The position numbers and the translations under genes are program-made. From assembly GCA_964016885.1 (NCBI GenBank), contig OZ024741.1, forward strand, positions 265,670,001 to 265,734,000: DNA of 64,000 bases, read 5' to 3'. The notes below the pieces were generated by a model. The model was not told the origin of the DNA and made no database searches. It worked only from the letters and a program-made list of their open reading frames with translations. This document shows positions 37,572-62,389 of the stretch, piece by piece; within the stretch, counting starts at the first letter, position 1, and the number at the start of each line of letters is the position of its first letter. The DNA comes from Eledone cirrhosa (Eukaryota).

Positions 37572-38385
37572 TAGTTTCTTATTTAGGCACAAAGCCATCA
37601 AACTGGGGGAGGGGAAAGTCGACCAATCGATCCCATTACATTACTGGTATTTTATTTTATCGACCTCATAAGGATGAAAGGCAAAGCCAACCTTGGCGGG
37701 ATTTGAACTCGGAATGTAACTCTATGCCACAAAACATGGTGTCCGACCCTCTACCGATACTGCCAATCTATCGATATTATTAATACACCCCCAGAATAAT
37801 AATTGTTTCTACTTTTGGCACAAGGCCAGCAATTAAACCAGTGTATTACTGGTACTTTATTTTATCGACCCCGTAAGGATGAAAGGCAAAGTTAACCTCG
37901 GCGAGATTTGAACTCAGAATGGCAAGGGCCGTAACTCTATGCTGCAAAACATGGTGTCCGACTCTCTACCGATACTGCCAATCCACCCACCCAGCAATTT
38001 GGGGAGAGGGGAAAGTCGATTAAATCGACCCCAGTGTATGACTGGTACTTTATTTTATAAACTTCGTAAGGATGAAAAGCAAAGTTAACTTCGGCGGGAT
38101 TTCAACTCGGAATGCAAAGGGCCGTAACTCTATGCCATAAAGCATGGTGCGCCACGTTCTACCGATACTGCCAATCCACCACCCTGGTAGGAATAATAAT
38201 AATTGTTTCTACTTTTTGGCACAAGTCCAGCAATTACCCAGTGTATTACTGGTACTTTATTTTATCGACCCCATAAGGATGAAAGGCAAAGTTAACCTCG
38301 GCGGGATTCGAACTCAGAATGGCAAGGGCCGTAACTCCATGCTTCAAAGCATGGCGTCCGACCCTCTACCGATACTGCCAATCCA
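37572..38385 (-). mobile_element. Four head-to-tail SINE copies
   Basis: Each copy ends (plus strand) in ctaccgatactgccaatc at ~37768, 37983, 38177 and 38383. Confidence 0.9.
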
Positions 38386-39259
38386 AGGAATAATAATAAT
38401 AGAAATTGTAATAAATATATATAACAATAGAAACAAAAACAAAGAAAGCAATAACAAATTTCAACAAGAACAAGTTCTCCAATAGAAGGGGAATTGCACT
38501 TCGGGTAAGTCCTAGGGAGAAACCCCACACGAAGCTCCAGATTACTCTGTTGCCTCACAGACATTGAAAGTGTCCTTTCCCAGTTTCCTTCCTACTACTT
38601 CATAGTCAAGTTAAGCTCGTTCAGCCGCATCAGTCTCGCTGCTCTCACTCATCATTCATAAAACACACTAGAAAGCAGCACTTCCCTCTCTACCTTCACC
38701 TTCTACTTCAAGTGGAACTTGAAGTAGAAGGTGAGGGCTTGGCTGGAGAGGAAGACTCCTGTCCTCAATCATTTTAGACGAGTCCACCATGCAGCATCCT
38801 TTGCCATAGTTACAAAACAGTGGAAAACTTGCCGCGGTTCTCTTCTAAAAGAAGGTGTCGGTTCAATCTTCACTATAAACTCAACTGATTGCTGGATCTG
38901 TCCTACATATGATAGCGGTTGTTCAACACAAGCCCCCAACTCTGCAATGCACGAACAGTGGCCGATAGCGTAGATGACGGTTTCGGTGCCCAGTGTTCAT
39001 AGCGGATAGGTCCGGCTGTTGGTCTTTCTGTGCCCGTAGATCTTATCAGGAACTGGAAGTGCTCCCTGTAGCACAGGCGTGCCAATGATTTTTCGAAATT
39101 GTCGATGACCTCTGACCCGAAATTCCTCCAGAAGAGCGTATTCAGAGTGTCTATCAACGCCCAGAACAACAACAACGTAACTATGCTAGAAACGATGGCG
39201 TCCAACCCTCTACCGATACTGCCAATTCGAGCAGTTACTATCATCCAAGGAAGTTATGA

Positions 39260-40450
39260 AACAAATAGAAGAAGTGTACTTGGGTTTATTGGAAATGGAC
39301 AAAGTAATGGAGAAATGAAAGAAAAAGTTAAGATTGTATGTAGGAAGAAGAGGACTGATTGGTTGCAGAGACTGTATTAGAGCAGAAGAAAACAATATGG
39401 CGTGAGAGATAAAACAATGGCGCAGAGACTCTATTGTTGGAAGTAAATAGGTCAGGGCTGTGGAAAATTGAAGATTGCAAAGATAAAACATAGCACAAGC
39501 ATTTGAAGAGGGATGAAACTAAAACTAGGGGGCCAGAAAATAGAAGGTATGGACAATTACATAGAGATGTTGAGGATAGGAGAGAGAAGGAGAGAGAAGG
39601 AGAGAGAAGGAGAGAGAAGGAGAGAGAAGGAGAGAGATAGGGAGGGAGAGAGACGAAAGAGAGAGGGAGAGATAGGGAGAGAGAGAGAGGGTGAGAGATA
39701 GGGAGATATATATAGATATATAGAGAGGGAGAGAGAGGAAGAGAGAGAGAGAAAAAAGAAAGCGAGATAGATAGGTAGATAGTTAAAGAGAGAGAGAGGG
39801 GGGAGGGAGAGAGAATAGAGAGAGAGAAAGAAAGAGAGATAGATAGATAGGGAGAGAGAGAGGAAAAGAAAGAGAGAGAGAGTAAGTGAGAGAGAAAGTG
39901 AGAGGGAGTTAGAGAGGGGGAGAGAGTGAGGGGAGAGAGAGAGAGAGAGGTAGATAGATAGAGATAAATAGATAGATGGATAGATAGATTTCTTTATTAG
40001 CCACAAGGGCGCAACAAGAAAGGGGACAATACAAAGACATGCCGGGGATTTTACATACAGTCGTGTAAAAAATATAAAAACGGATAGATAGATAGATAGA
40101 GAGAGAGAGATAACGGTTAAGGATGGCTAAATGTGATTCAACACTGGAAATAGGAAATCTTTATCTGTGCTGCTCAAGAGCAAAAGTGGATAAACTGTGA
40201 CATATTCCGAGTCAAGATACACCACGAGGTCAGAAAAAAAAAACACAAGAGACGTCACAACAACCTACCAAGGATAGTCCATTGGGCACTTTGTAGAAAG
40301 TATGGACTTGACAGAGCAGAAAAGTGGTACGAACATAATCCCGAGGGCGTTATAGAAAATAAGGCAAAAATCCTGTGACACTTTGGGGTACAATCTGACC
40401 ATGAGATGGCGCTGAGGAAACCAGATATTGTGATAATTGAGAAAGAAAGC
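39260..40450 (+). mobile_element. Degraded R4/Dong-type element fragments interrupted by a (GA)n/(GATA)n tract and a Tx1-like 3' end
   Basis: YLGLLEMDKV and RRGLIGCRDCIRAEENN (39275-39400); AAQEQ and RHNNLPRIVHWALCRKYGL..KWYEHNPEGVIEN..RKPDIVIIEKE (40165-40450). Confidence 0.7.
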
Positions 40451-40796
40451 AGTGTTGGATCACTTACCCTCTATTCTTTTCACTCTCTCTTTCTCCCTCC
40501 TGACCCCCCTCTCTCTCTCTCTCTCTTCTTTTCTAACCATTATACCATTCCTCAAGGGGTTTTGTTTAACCAGACTCTCTGCTTTCTTCATCATAGTAAC
40601 CGAGTGTTTTACAGCTATTTCTGCGTTAAGTTCCTTCAATTTTATGATATTTTTATACACACAACGCTCCAAATAATTTTATATCATGCTATTTACACAG
40701 ACACCGACACACAGACACACACACAAATATATAAATATATATATATATATCAAGTAAGTATGTTTTGAAACAGTGAGCAGGTTTGAAATTAGAAAA

Positions 40797-41016
40797 TATA
40801 TAGCGTTCACCATATTTTTGACTAAAGGAATTTTAGCCTGATAATGGGGTTTAGAACCCTCAGATAAATGGAAAAAGATGAGTATTGGCGATAACCAAAG
40901 ATGTGGGGTCGACTCCCATGTACGTCAATACTCATCTTTTTCCATTTATCTGAGGGTTCTAAACCCCATTATCAGGCTAAAATTCCTTTAGTCAAAAATA
41001 CGGTGAAAGCTATATA
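40797..41016. repeat. Long inverted repeat (family D), ~94-bp arms, 32-nt spacer, between TA tracts
   Basis: 40797-40890 is the reverse complement of 40923-41017 with few mismatches. Confidence 0.9.
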
Positions 41017-41488
41017 TATATATAACTTTGGTACGCTCTCATCAGATAAAGTACAAAGTTTGTTTTATAAATATTGACATATCCAGGAAGGAGAACTTAA
41101 CGGTTCAAGTTTTTCCAGGAAAATGATGCGTTATGTTGCTCCTTCTACCTGGAGTTGCGACCGATAGATAGTATTAGCAATTTGAAAGACCAATGGAAGC
41201 ATTGTTTCCTCGGCCCGATTTGACGAAAATCGATCGACTGTTATATATATATATATATATAAAACAAAATGTAAGTGCGTTTAGTTGTGGCTATAGCTAC
41301 CAGCACAACCTTTCCTATCTGAGCGTCACTTAATTATCTCCATAGGTCTAACTCACCATCTTAGTCACACATTGTTCGACTTAAATGCTCTTCATTTAAT
41401 TATATACGTGTTTTGTCCTCGCCATGTAATATATATATATATATATATATGTATATACGCCACCCCGACTGGTCAACATGTTTGCCAT

Positions 41489-41557
<69 letters not shown>

Positions 41558-41559
<2 letters not shown>

Positions 41560-41817
41560 CGAAGGAAATGTGGTAAGGAACCAGGTGGACCATAACGCAC
41601 CAAAGTACTCAATACTTGAGGTAGTAGAGTGGGTAATAGGAACCAGTAAGACCCCGACAGCTGAGCTCAAGCCGTTTAGACGGCTAATTCTGGACTAAAT
41701 GAAAATTATCCTGGTATTTAAATAACCCCGGGCTATTTAAATACCAGGATAATTTTCATTTAGTCCAGAATTAGCCGTCGAAACGGCTTGAGCTCAGCTG
41801 TCGGGGTCTTACTGGTT

Positions 41818-41822
<5 letters not shown>
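41558..41822 (-). mobile_element. Family B element with ~93-bp fold-back, in (TA)n
   Basis: Arms ~41636-41728 and ~41730-41822. Confidence 0.85.
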
Positions 41823-41889
<67 letters not shown>

Positions 41890-41890
<1 letters not shown>

Positions 41891-42258
41891 TAAAAAATTT
41901 GAAGACTAAAATCCAAAGAGGGCTCGATAAGGATAAATATATATCAAATATATAAGAACCGTAGAGCAAATATTTATTAAAATAACAGATTAAAGTTTAA
42001 GCAAAGAATCGCTGCTTTCACCCTTAACGGGATCTTCTGAAACTAACAAAGTCAATCTGTAAACGCAGAACTGGATATTTCAAAAAACGTTGCAACCGGA
42101 TGAAGACAGGAAGACGATACTTTGGTTCGTGGTAACGTTCGCTGGCAAAGAACGGGAAAAAACGAATAATACGTCATTAATAGGAGCGGTGAAAAACAAT
42201 TACGCGCAAAGACAGAACCACGTGTATGGTATAAAAGAGGTCATAGACTAATGTTCTC
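41890..42258 (-). mobile_element. Family A element, longest copy, in (TA)n/(TAA)n
   Basis: Matches other family A copies, with the CAGAAGA hammerhead-like fold at 41994-42044. Confidence 0.85.
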
Positions 42259-42273
42259 ATATATATATATATA

Positions 42274-43717
<1,444 letters not shown>

Positions 43718-43745
43718 TATATACATATATATATATATATATACA

Positions 43746-43925
<180 letters not shown>

Positions 43926-43940
43926 CATATATATATATAC

Positions 43941-45725
<1,785 letters not shown>

Positions 45726-46127
45726 TCACGGCAAACATGTTAACCAGTCGGGGTTGCGTATGCAACGCACCAATCAGTGATTAATGGTTTAAGCACTCAA
45801 TGTCATATATTTTCTTCCAAATATGATTTATCCGTTAGTAACGGAGTATATGAAGAATAAAGGAAATGCGAAGTTCGGTGTAGATGTTAAGTCCTTTATT
45901 AACAAAGCTGTGATACATATTTCAATGGCGATCGTGGCTACGTGGTTGTTTAATCACACAACCAGTCTTGCGACATTATCAGACAGCATCTTATGTAATA
46001 AGGTTACATTTCGGGAACGGACAGAAAAAAGATGTGTTTATAGCCGAAGTCAGTTGCCCCCCCCCCCACTCACACACACACACACATATATATTGTTATA
46101 CATGGAGAGGGTCATATTGTAATAATA

Positions 46128-46242
46128 TTTGTTTCTACGTTTGGCACAAGGCCAGCAATTACCCAGAGCATTACTGGTACTTTATTTTATCGACCCCGTA
46201 AGGATGAAAGGCAAAGTTAACCTCGGCGGGATTTCAACTCAA
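46128..46242 (-). mobile_element. SINE copy, 5'-truncated at B-box
   Basis: Central block identical to other copies. Confidence 0.85.
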
Positions 46243-46376
46243 TAATATTGCCAGAAATAATATCAGAACACACTCACTGTTATTCTGTTATTATTTCTGG
46301 CAATATTATTATTATTATTATTTTATATATAAATTATCATACATATATATATATATATGTGTGTATATATATATAT

Positions 46377-46502
<126 letters not shown>

Positions 46503-47164
46503 AAAAGGGAACTGGCTTCGAATAAATGGTGAAAACATTATTATTATATATGTATATATATGAAAAAACGTTGTCTCTGATCGAGATGAAGCGAGAGTGT
46601 ATTTGTATATATATGCCAACATAGAGAGTGGCACCCTTGTTCTACAAGCTCACCTAGTATTTTTGGAATGAGCTAGAAAAGGTGTACTGAACATTGCCTG
46701 TCACATTAACACTGGTTACTTCCCTGCGGTTAATGGTAGTTCATATCAACTGGAGCAGAAATGATGATAGACATGCTTAATTTAAGCTAGTTAAGCTCAA
46801 CTTTTGCTTAGAACCCTTTTGGACCAAAATTATATAAAATCGGCCAGAAAGAATTGCACATGTAACGTAAAGAACTTCAAACATTGAATATAGATATTGC
46901 AGCTCTCCCCAAAACACGCCTGCCAGATAAAAATCAATTGATCGAAGTATCATCAGGTTATACACTGTTTGTAGTTGAGAAGTGTCAAATCGAACGTCGA
47001 GAAGGTGAGGCTGGTTTTGCTATCAGAACAACATTAACAACACATTTACAGTGGCCCGTCTGGCAATAATTTAATGAATCTATGTGTTCCACTCTTGTGT
47101 GGACGTGGAAGTGAGAGTGAGGAGAGGAAAGTAAGTTTTCCTCAACGTGGTAAACTAACTGTCT

Positions 47165-47400
47165 TTAACCCTTTAGCATTTACATTACTCCATATTTACT
47201 ATGGTATTTTCACGGTAAACACTTTAACCCATATAATTATCTCACATAATATCGAATCTACGAGATTTTGATATTATTTATTTTGAGAACAATACCTTAA
47301 CATAAGTATGAGCAGCCGGTTATGGCCGGTTTGAAGAGAAAGAGGTGAGAGCATTCTGGCTGGATATGGTCTGTTTAATATACAGTTAACGAAAGGTTAA
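47165..47400. mobile_element. TTAA-flanked (piggyBac-type) MITE, degenerate
   Basis: TTAA|cccttt start and aaagg|TTAA end. Confidence 0.5.
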
Positions 47401-47419
47401 TATACAGTTAATGTAGCGT

Positions 47420-47612
47420 GGTAAATAAATATAAATACATATATACTAGGTCCGAACACAATGGAACCAAACTCCCACTGTCACTGCCTCCGTCTCTCCC
47501 ACTCTCCCCATCTCTCACTATTATGAGTAAATGGGGGTCCACGTGCTGGCCACCCACGACTCTGGCAGACAGAATAGAGAAGGTGTTTCCCCGGAAGATG
47601 GCAAGGGAGACG
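47420..47612 (-). mobile_element. CRE-clade 3' end fragment (same family as 20406-20819)
   Basis: Reverse complement tctcccttgccatcttccggggaaacaccttctc..ggccagcacgtggacccccattt matches 20650-20735. Confidence 0.7.
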
Positions 47613-49053
47613 TTATACAATGTTTTCAGTTTATGCTCCAGCTCTCCAAACCAATGAAGAAACTGGCATGACTTTCTATTACTTCTACACCGAATGATAA
47701 CAAGGTAATACTTCCTGGTGACTTCAATGCATGTGTTGGCAAAGATTGTGAGGCTTGGAATGTTCTTAGCCGGTATAACTTTGGTAAAATGAAGGGAAAT
47801 TGTCTGAAGCTACTTCAGAATTGCATTTAGCAATTTGCAACACTTCATTCAGGCAGAGATCAAAGCAGAGTCACAAAGTAACTCTTTTACTGTTAGCTAC
47901 AAACTGGAATGTGCACTCAGCATAAACTTAGAAATCTAAAGAAACTGCGGATTGATGTTCTGAATTGGGAAGAATTTGTCAAGGAGAGGGATGTGTGGAG
48001 AAAGCTAGTTGGGGAAAGCTGTGAAAGACCTGTAGAGGGACGTGTTATCCATTGAAGGCCTGAAGTCGAAGCTTCGGAAGGACTATCATCAGAATCTCAT
48101 TAGGAATATAACATGTGTCAAACATATTGTGTCATGGAAAATGTAGTGTATAAATGTATTAGTATTACTGCGAATAGTAAAAACTACTATATAGGTCCTA
48201 CTTCTAACTCATTTGAAAAAAACGGTATTATTTCTACTTAAGAATGAAAATAGGAACAATTCTATTTTACTCGCACAAATTTATTTGGGATTTACGGATG
48301 GCCAGTATTCAATGTTTAATATAGCCTTCCGTGGTCTCTTATTAACACAGCTAAACCTTATAAAGATGGTAAATCAGAATGTGCTTAAATTTGTGCTTAA
48401 CAGAAGCAATAGAAATAACTATATCTAGTTCTAAACTTTTGAATCGGAAGAATGAGGTCATCATTTCCTGCATGCACAAATTTCCATTTTCTTTCTCTGA
48501 TATGGAATATGATCCAACATAAGTATGACAATTTTTTTCTACCGAGAGGAATTATGATCATATCATAAATATAATATGATCTTCTTTCCCCAATTTTTAT
48601 GACTAAATTCTTTGAGTATAATCCCTCCACCACCTTTAAGTTTGAAATATAACATAATATACTTTATGAATTTATAAATTCTTTGGTTTAAACATTTAAT
48701 GTATTTAAACATTTAATATATTGAAATCTTTAGTTCTTTAAGGAATTAACTATCTGTGCATACTACTGATTTGGGCATCATTTTCTTCGCCCCTTCCTTC
48801 TCACTAGTCTCTAATTGGTAATGGGCATTGTTCCGCTCTCTTGATGCAAACAAAATAGTTAGCCTTTACGCATGAGTAGATTTGCATGTTATTCATCGTT
48901 GATTATAACGAAAGACGTTCAATTTGTGACCATCCTGTCACTAGCGTCTACATTTCTCAATGTGTCATTTCGTGATTCTTTTGATTTAATTTTTGAAGAC
49001 GAATGGGTTTTGAGGGAATATGACTGATGTTTTTAGCAAGTCGAGTGATCACC

Positions 49054-54450
<5,397 letters not shown>

Positions 54451-54663
54451 TTAGATAAAAACACACAAATCGCTCAATGGAGATGTTTTCACATGCTGGA
54501 CAAGGGAATGAAATTGGAAACGAAATGTTGTCATTATTGTTGTTGTTGTTGTTGAACTGAACAGAAACCAAAACAAGCCAATTCTTTTTTTATACAAATA
54601 TTCAAACAAACAACAACAACAACGACCACAACAACGACAACAACAACAAACCAATAAACAGAG

Positions 54664-54718
54664 TCAGTTTCAACTGCAGCATCAACAGCAGCAGCAGTAC
54701 CAGCAAAACAAGGTGAGG
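54664..54718 (+). other. Candidate initiator plus short exon ending in a splice donor
   Basis: TCAGTT at 54664 and AAG|GTGAGG at 54712/54713, within a non-TE island. Confidence 0.3.
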
Positions 54719-54719
54719 A

Positions 54720-56601
<1,882 letters not shown>

Positions 56602-56609
56602 CATATATA

Positions 56610-56660
56610 AGATTCCTGATGATTTCTAATGAATGAAACAGTTCTAGTCCTGTAGAATCT
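56610..56660 (+). ncRNA. Complete type I hammerhead ribozyme standing alone between microsatellites
   Basis: agattc CTGATGA t ttc-taat-gaa t GAAA cag-ttctagtc-ctg TA gaatct. Canonical core, all stems pair. Confidence 0.85.
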
Positions 56661-56690
56661 CATCTCTCTCTCTCTATATATATATATATG

Positions 56691-56869
<179 letters not shown>

Positions 56870-56960
56870 ATATATACATTGAAAATATTGCTGTTTTAAC
56901 TTCGATTGTCGGCCGTGTGTAACTTGAAGTGGGTATACATAAGATGATAATGTAGAAGAC

Positions 56961-57026
<66 letters not shown>

Positions 57027-57041
57027 CATACATACATACAT

Positions 57042-57115
<74 letters not shown>

Positions 57116-57116
<1 letters not shown>

Positions 57117-57226
57117 CGAAGGAAATGTGGTAAGGAACCAGGTGGACCATAACGCACCAAAGTACTCAATACTTAGGGTAGTAGAGTGGGTAATAGGAAC
57201 GAGTAGGACCCCGACGGCTGAGCTCA
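57116..57226 (-). mobile_element. Family B element, 5'-truncated, in (TA)n
   Basis: aacgaaggaaatgtggtaagg..ccccgacggctgagctca. Confidence 0.85.
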
Positions 57227-57349
57227 TATATAAACGTGTATATATATATATATATATGTACACACACACACACATATATATATTTATATATATATGTATA
57301 TATATATATAATATATATTAAATGTACATATATATTAATACATATATTA

Positions 57350-59130
57350 CACACACACACACACACACACAAACATTCATACACATAAACACATAGACAT
57401 ACATATACACATAGAAAGACACACACATACACACACACACACAAATATTCATACACATAAACACATAGACATACATATACACATAGGAACACACACACAT
57501 ACACACACGCACACACATACAGACATACATACACACACATAAACACACAGACATACATACACATACGCACAAGCACACTGACATACACACACATAAACAC
57601 ACAGTCATACACACATAAACACACATACATACACATAAACACACAGACATACATACACACACATAAACACACATTCAAACATACATGCACACATAAAAAC
57701 AGCCATACATACACACACATAAACACACAGACATACACACACATAAACACACATACATACATACACACATAAACACACATACATACATATACACATAAAC
57801 ACACACTCATATACACATAAACACATATACATACATACACATATAAACTCACATACATACATACACACATAAACATACATATATATATACACACACATAA
57901 ACACAGATATACATACACACATAAACACACATACATACATACACACATGACACACACATACACACACATAAACACACATACATACATACACACACATAAG
58001 CACACATGCATACATACATACACACACATACACACACATACATACATACACACACATAAACACACACATACATACACACACATACATACATACTCACACA
58101 TAAGCACACATACATACATACATACACACACATAAACACACACGCATACATACATACACACACATAAACACACATACATACATACATACACACACATAAA
58201 CACACACGCATACATACACACACATAAACACACATACATACATACATACATACACACACATAAACACACACGCATACATACACACACATAAACACACATA
58301 CATACATACACACACATAAACACACATACATACACATACATAAACACACATACATACATACACACACATAAACACACATACATACATACACATACATAAA
58401 CACACATACATACATACATACACACACATGAACACACATACATACATACACACACATAAACACACATACATACATACATACACACACATAAACACACATA
58501 CATACATACACACACATAAACACACATACATACATACACATACATAAACACACATACATACATACACATACATAAACACACAGATCCAAAATATGATATA
58601 TCGACAACAATAACTACAAGATCGTTGTAGATAGGACACCCAACAACAACACCACCACCACCACCAACCACACCACCAACACCACCACCTCCACCACCAC
58701 CACCACCACCAACAACACCAACAACAACACCACCACCACCACCAACCACACCACCAACACCACCACCTCCACCACCACCACCACCAACAACAACACCACC
58801 ACCACCACCACCAACAACACCACCACCACCACCAACAACAACAACACCACCACCACCAACAACAACACCACCACCACCACCACCAACAACAACACCACCA
58901 CCACCACCACCAACAACAACAACACCCCACCGCCACCAACAACACCACCACCACCACCACCACCAACCACACCACCACCACCACCAACAACAACACCACC
59001 ACCACCACCAACAACAACACCACCACCACCAACAACAACACCCCACCGCCAAAAACAACACCACCACCACCACCAACCACACCACCACCACCACCACCAA
59101 CAACAACACCCCACCGCCACCAACAACACC

Positions 59131-59161
<31 letters not shown>

Positions 59162-59759
59162 CCACCACCACCACCAACACCACCACCACCACCACCACCA
59201 ACAACAACAACACCACCACCACCACCACCACCAACAACAACACCCCACCGCCACCAACAACACCACCACCACCACCACCACCAACCACACCACCACCACC
59301 ACCAACAACAACACCCCACCGCCACCAACAACAACACCACCACCACCACCACCACCAACAACAACACCCCACCGCCACCAACAACACCACCGCCACCACC
59401 ACCACCAACCACACCACCACCACCACCAACAACAACACCCCACCGCCACCAACAACACCACCACCACCACCACCACCACCAACAACACCACCACCACCAC
59501 CAACACCACCACCACCACCACCACCAACAACAACACCACCACCACCAACAACACCACCACCACCAACAACAACAACAACAACAACAACACCACCACCACC
59601 ACCACCACCACCAACACCACCACCAACAACAACAACAACACCACCACCACCACCACCACCAACACCACCACCAACAACAACAACAACACCACCATCACCA
59701 CCACCACCAACACCACCACCACCACCAACAACAACACCACCACCACCACCACCACCACC

Positions 59760-59791
<32 letters not shown>

Positions 59792-60020
59792 CACCACCAC
59801 CACCACCACCAACACCACCACCAACAACAACAACAACAACACCACCATCACCACCACCACCAACACCACCACCACCAACACCACCACCACCAACAACAAC
59901 AACAACACCACCACCGCCACCAACACCACCACCAACACCACCACCAACAACAACAACAACACCACCATCACCACCAACACCACCACCACCAACAACAACA
60001 CCACCACCACCACCACCACC

Positions 60021-60052
<32 letters not shown>

Positions 60053-60077
60053 CACCACCACCACCACCACCACCACC

Positions 60078-60109
<32 letters not shown>

Positions 60110-60128
60110 CAACACCACCACCACCACC

Positions 60129-60160
<32 letters not shown>

Positions 60161-60275
60161 CAACAACACCACCACCACCGCCGCCACCACCACCACCACC
60201 ACCACCAACACCAACACCAACGACAACAACAACACCACCACCACCAACACCACCAGCAACAACAACAACAACACC

Positions 60276-60307
<32 letters not shown>

Positions 60308-60374
60308 CAACACCACCACCACCACCACCAACACCACCACCAACAACAACAACAACACCACCACCACCACCAAC

Positions 60375-60406
<32 letters not shown>

Positions 60407-60490
60407 CACCACCACCACCACCACCACCACCACCACCACCAACACCACCAACACCACCACCACCACCACCACCACCACCACCAACACCAC
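57350..60490. repeat. CA/CATA higher-order repeat followed by (CAC/AAC)n array
   Basis: Directly visible. Confidence 0.95.
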
Positions 60491-60513
60491 AATCGCCACT
60501 ACGTCCCTTGCCA

Positions 60514-60632
60514 TTCTGAGTTCAAATCCCGCCGAGGTTAACTTTGCCTTTCATCCTTACGGGGTCGATAAAATAAAGTACCAGTAATGTACTGGGTTAT
60601 TTGCTGGCCTTGTGCCTAAAGTACAAACAATT
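60514..60632 (+). mobile_element. SINE copy, 5'-truncated
   Basis: ctgagttcaaatcccgccgaggttaactttgcctttcatccttacggggtcgata..ggccttgtgcc with a (TTA)n tail. Confidence 0.9.
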
Positions 60633-60829
60633 ATTATTAGTATTATTATTTTGATAATTATTATTAACGTTTGTGTCATCATCATCGTCATCATTTCATT
60701 ATTGTCATCGTCTTTGTCTTTGCTCCTTCATCAGTGTCACCAATTCTAACGTCTCTAACATCACCACCACCACCACCACCACCACCACACCACTACCACC
60801 ACCACTAACGCCCCCATTGTCACCAACAA

Positions 60830-62050
60830 CACCACCATCTCTACCACTACCACCACTACCACCACAACCACCACAACCACCACAGCCACCACACCACCAT
60901 CTCTACCAACACCACCACTACCACCACTACCACCACAACCACCACAACCACCACAGCCACCACACCACCATCTCTACCAACACCACCACTACCACCACTA
61001 CCACCACAACCACCACAACCACCACAGCCACCACACCACCATCTCTACCAACACCACCACTACCACCACTACCACCACAACTACCACAACCACCACAGCC
61101 ACCACACCACCATCTCTACCAACACCACCACTACCACCACTACCACCACAACCACCACAACCACCACAGCCACCACACCACCATCTCTACCAACACCACC
61201 ACTACCACCACTACCACCACAACCACCACAACCACCACAGCCACCACACCACCATCTCTACCAACACCACCACTACCACCACTACCACCACAACCACCAC
61301 AACCACCACATCCACCACACCACCATCTCTACCAACACCACCACTACCACCACTACCACCACAACCACCACAACCACCACAGCCACCACACCACCATCTC
61401 TACCAACACCACCACTACCACCACTACCACCACAACCACCACAACCACCACAGCCACCACACCACCATCTCTACCAACACCACCACTACCACCACTACCA
61501 CCACACCAACACAACCACCACAGCCACCACACCACCATCTCTACCAACACCACCACTACCACCACTACCACCACAACCACCACAACCACCACAGCCACCA
61601 CACCACCATCTCTACCAACACCACCACTACCACCACTACCACCACAACTACCACAACCACCACAGCCACCACACCACCATCTCTACCAACACCACCACTA
61701 CCACCACTACCACCACAACCACCACAACCACCACAGCCACCACACCACCATCTCTACCAACACCACCACTACCACCACTACCACCACAACCACCACAACC
61801 ACCACAGCCACCACACCACCATCTCTACCAACACCACCACTACCACCACTACCACCACAACCACCACAACCACCACAGCCACAACACCACCATCTCTACC
61901 AACACCACCACTACCACCACCATCTCCACTAACGCCCCCCCCTGTCACCAACAACACCAACACTAACACTACTACCACCACAACCACCACAACCACCACA
62001 GCCACTACACCACTACCATCTCTACCAACACCACCACTACCACCACCACA
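60830..62050. repeat. Minisatellite, 71-bp CAC-rich unit, ~16 copies
   Basis: catctctacc recurs at 60898, 60969 and onward. The period is not a multiple of 3. Confidence 0.9.
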
Positions 62051-62389
62051 CCACCACCATCTCCACTAACGCCCCCCCCCTGTCACTAACAACACCAACA
62101 CTAACACCACTACCACCACAGCCACCACACCACCACCACCATCTCTACCAACGCCCTATTGTCACCAACACCACCACGACCACCACCACAACAACACCAC
62201 CACCACAACACCACGACCACCACAACAACAACACCACCACCACAACACCACCACCACCACAACAACAACACCACCACCACAACACCACCACCATTACCAC
62301 CAACGCCCCCATTTTCACTACAACACCACCACTACCACCACTAACAGTACCATCACCACAACCACCATCACCACAGCAATCACACCACC

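Larger units (their letters stand above)
46835..48070 (+). mobile_element. Degraded RTE (BovB-like) LINE: APE endonuclease and C-terminal remnants with nested insertions
   Basis: LNIDIAALPKTRL..SGYTLF..AGFAIR; KVILPGDFNACVG; NWEEFVKERDVWRKLV. Confidence 0.75.

Noticed and set aside
35542-37783. 709-aa Asp/Asn-rich ORF as an acidic matrix protein
   Set aside because: Trinucleotide array open in several frames, running into a SINE, with no signal peptide.
38520-39170. Complex sequence with short ORFs, possible exon or LINE ORF1
   Set aside because: No recognisable motif or splice structure; left unassigned.
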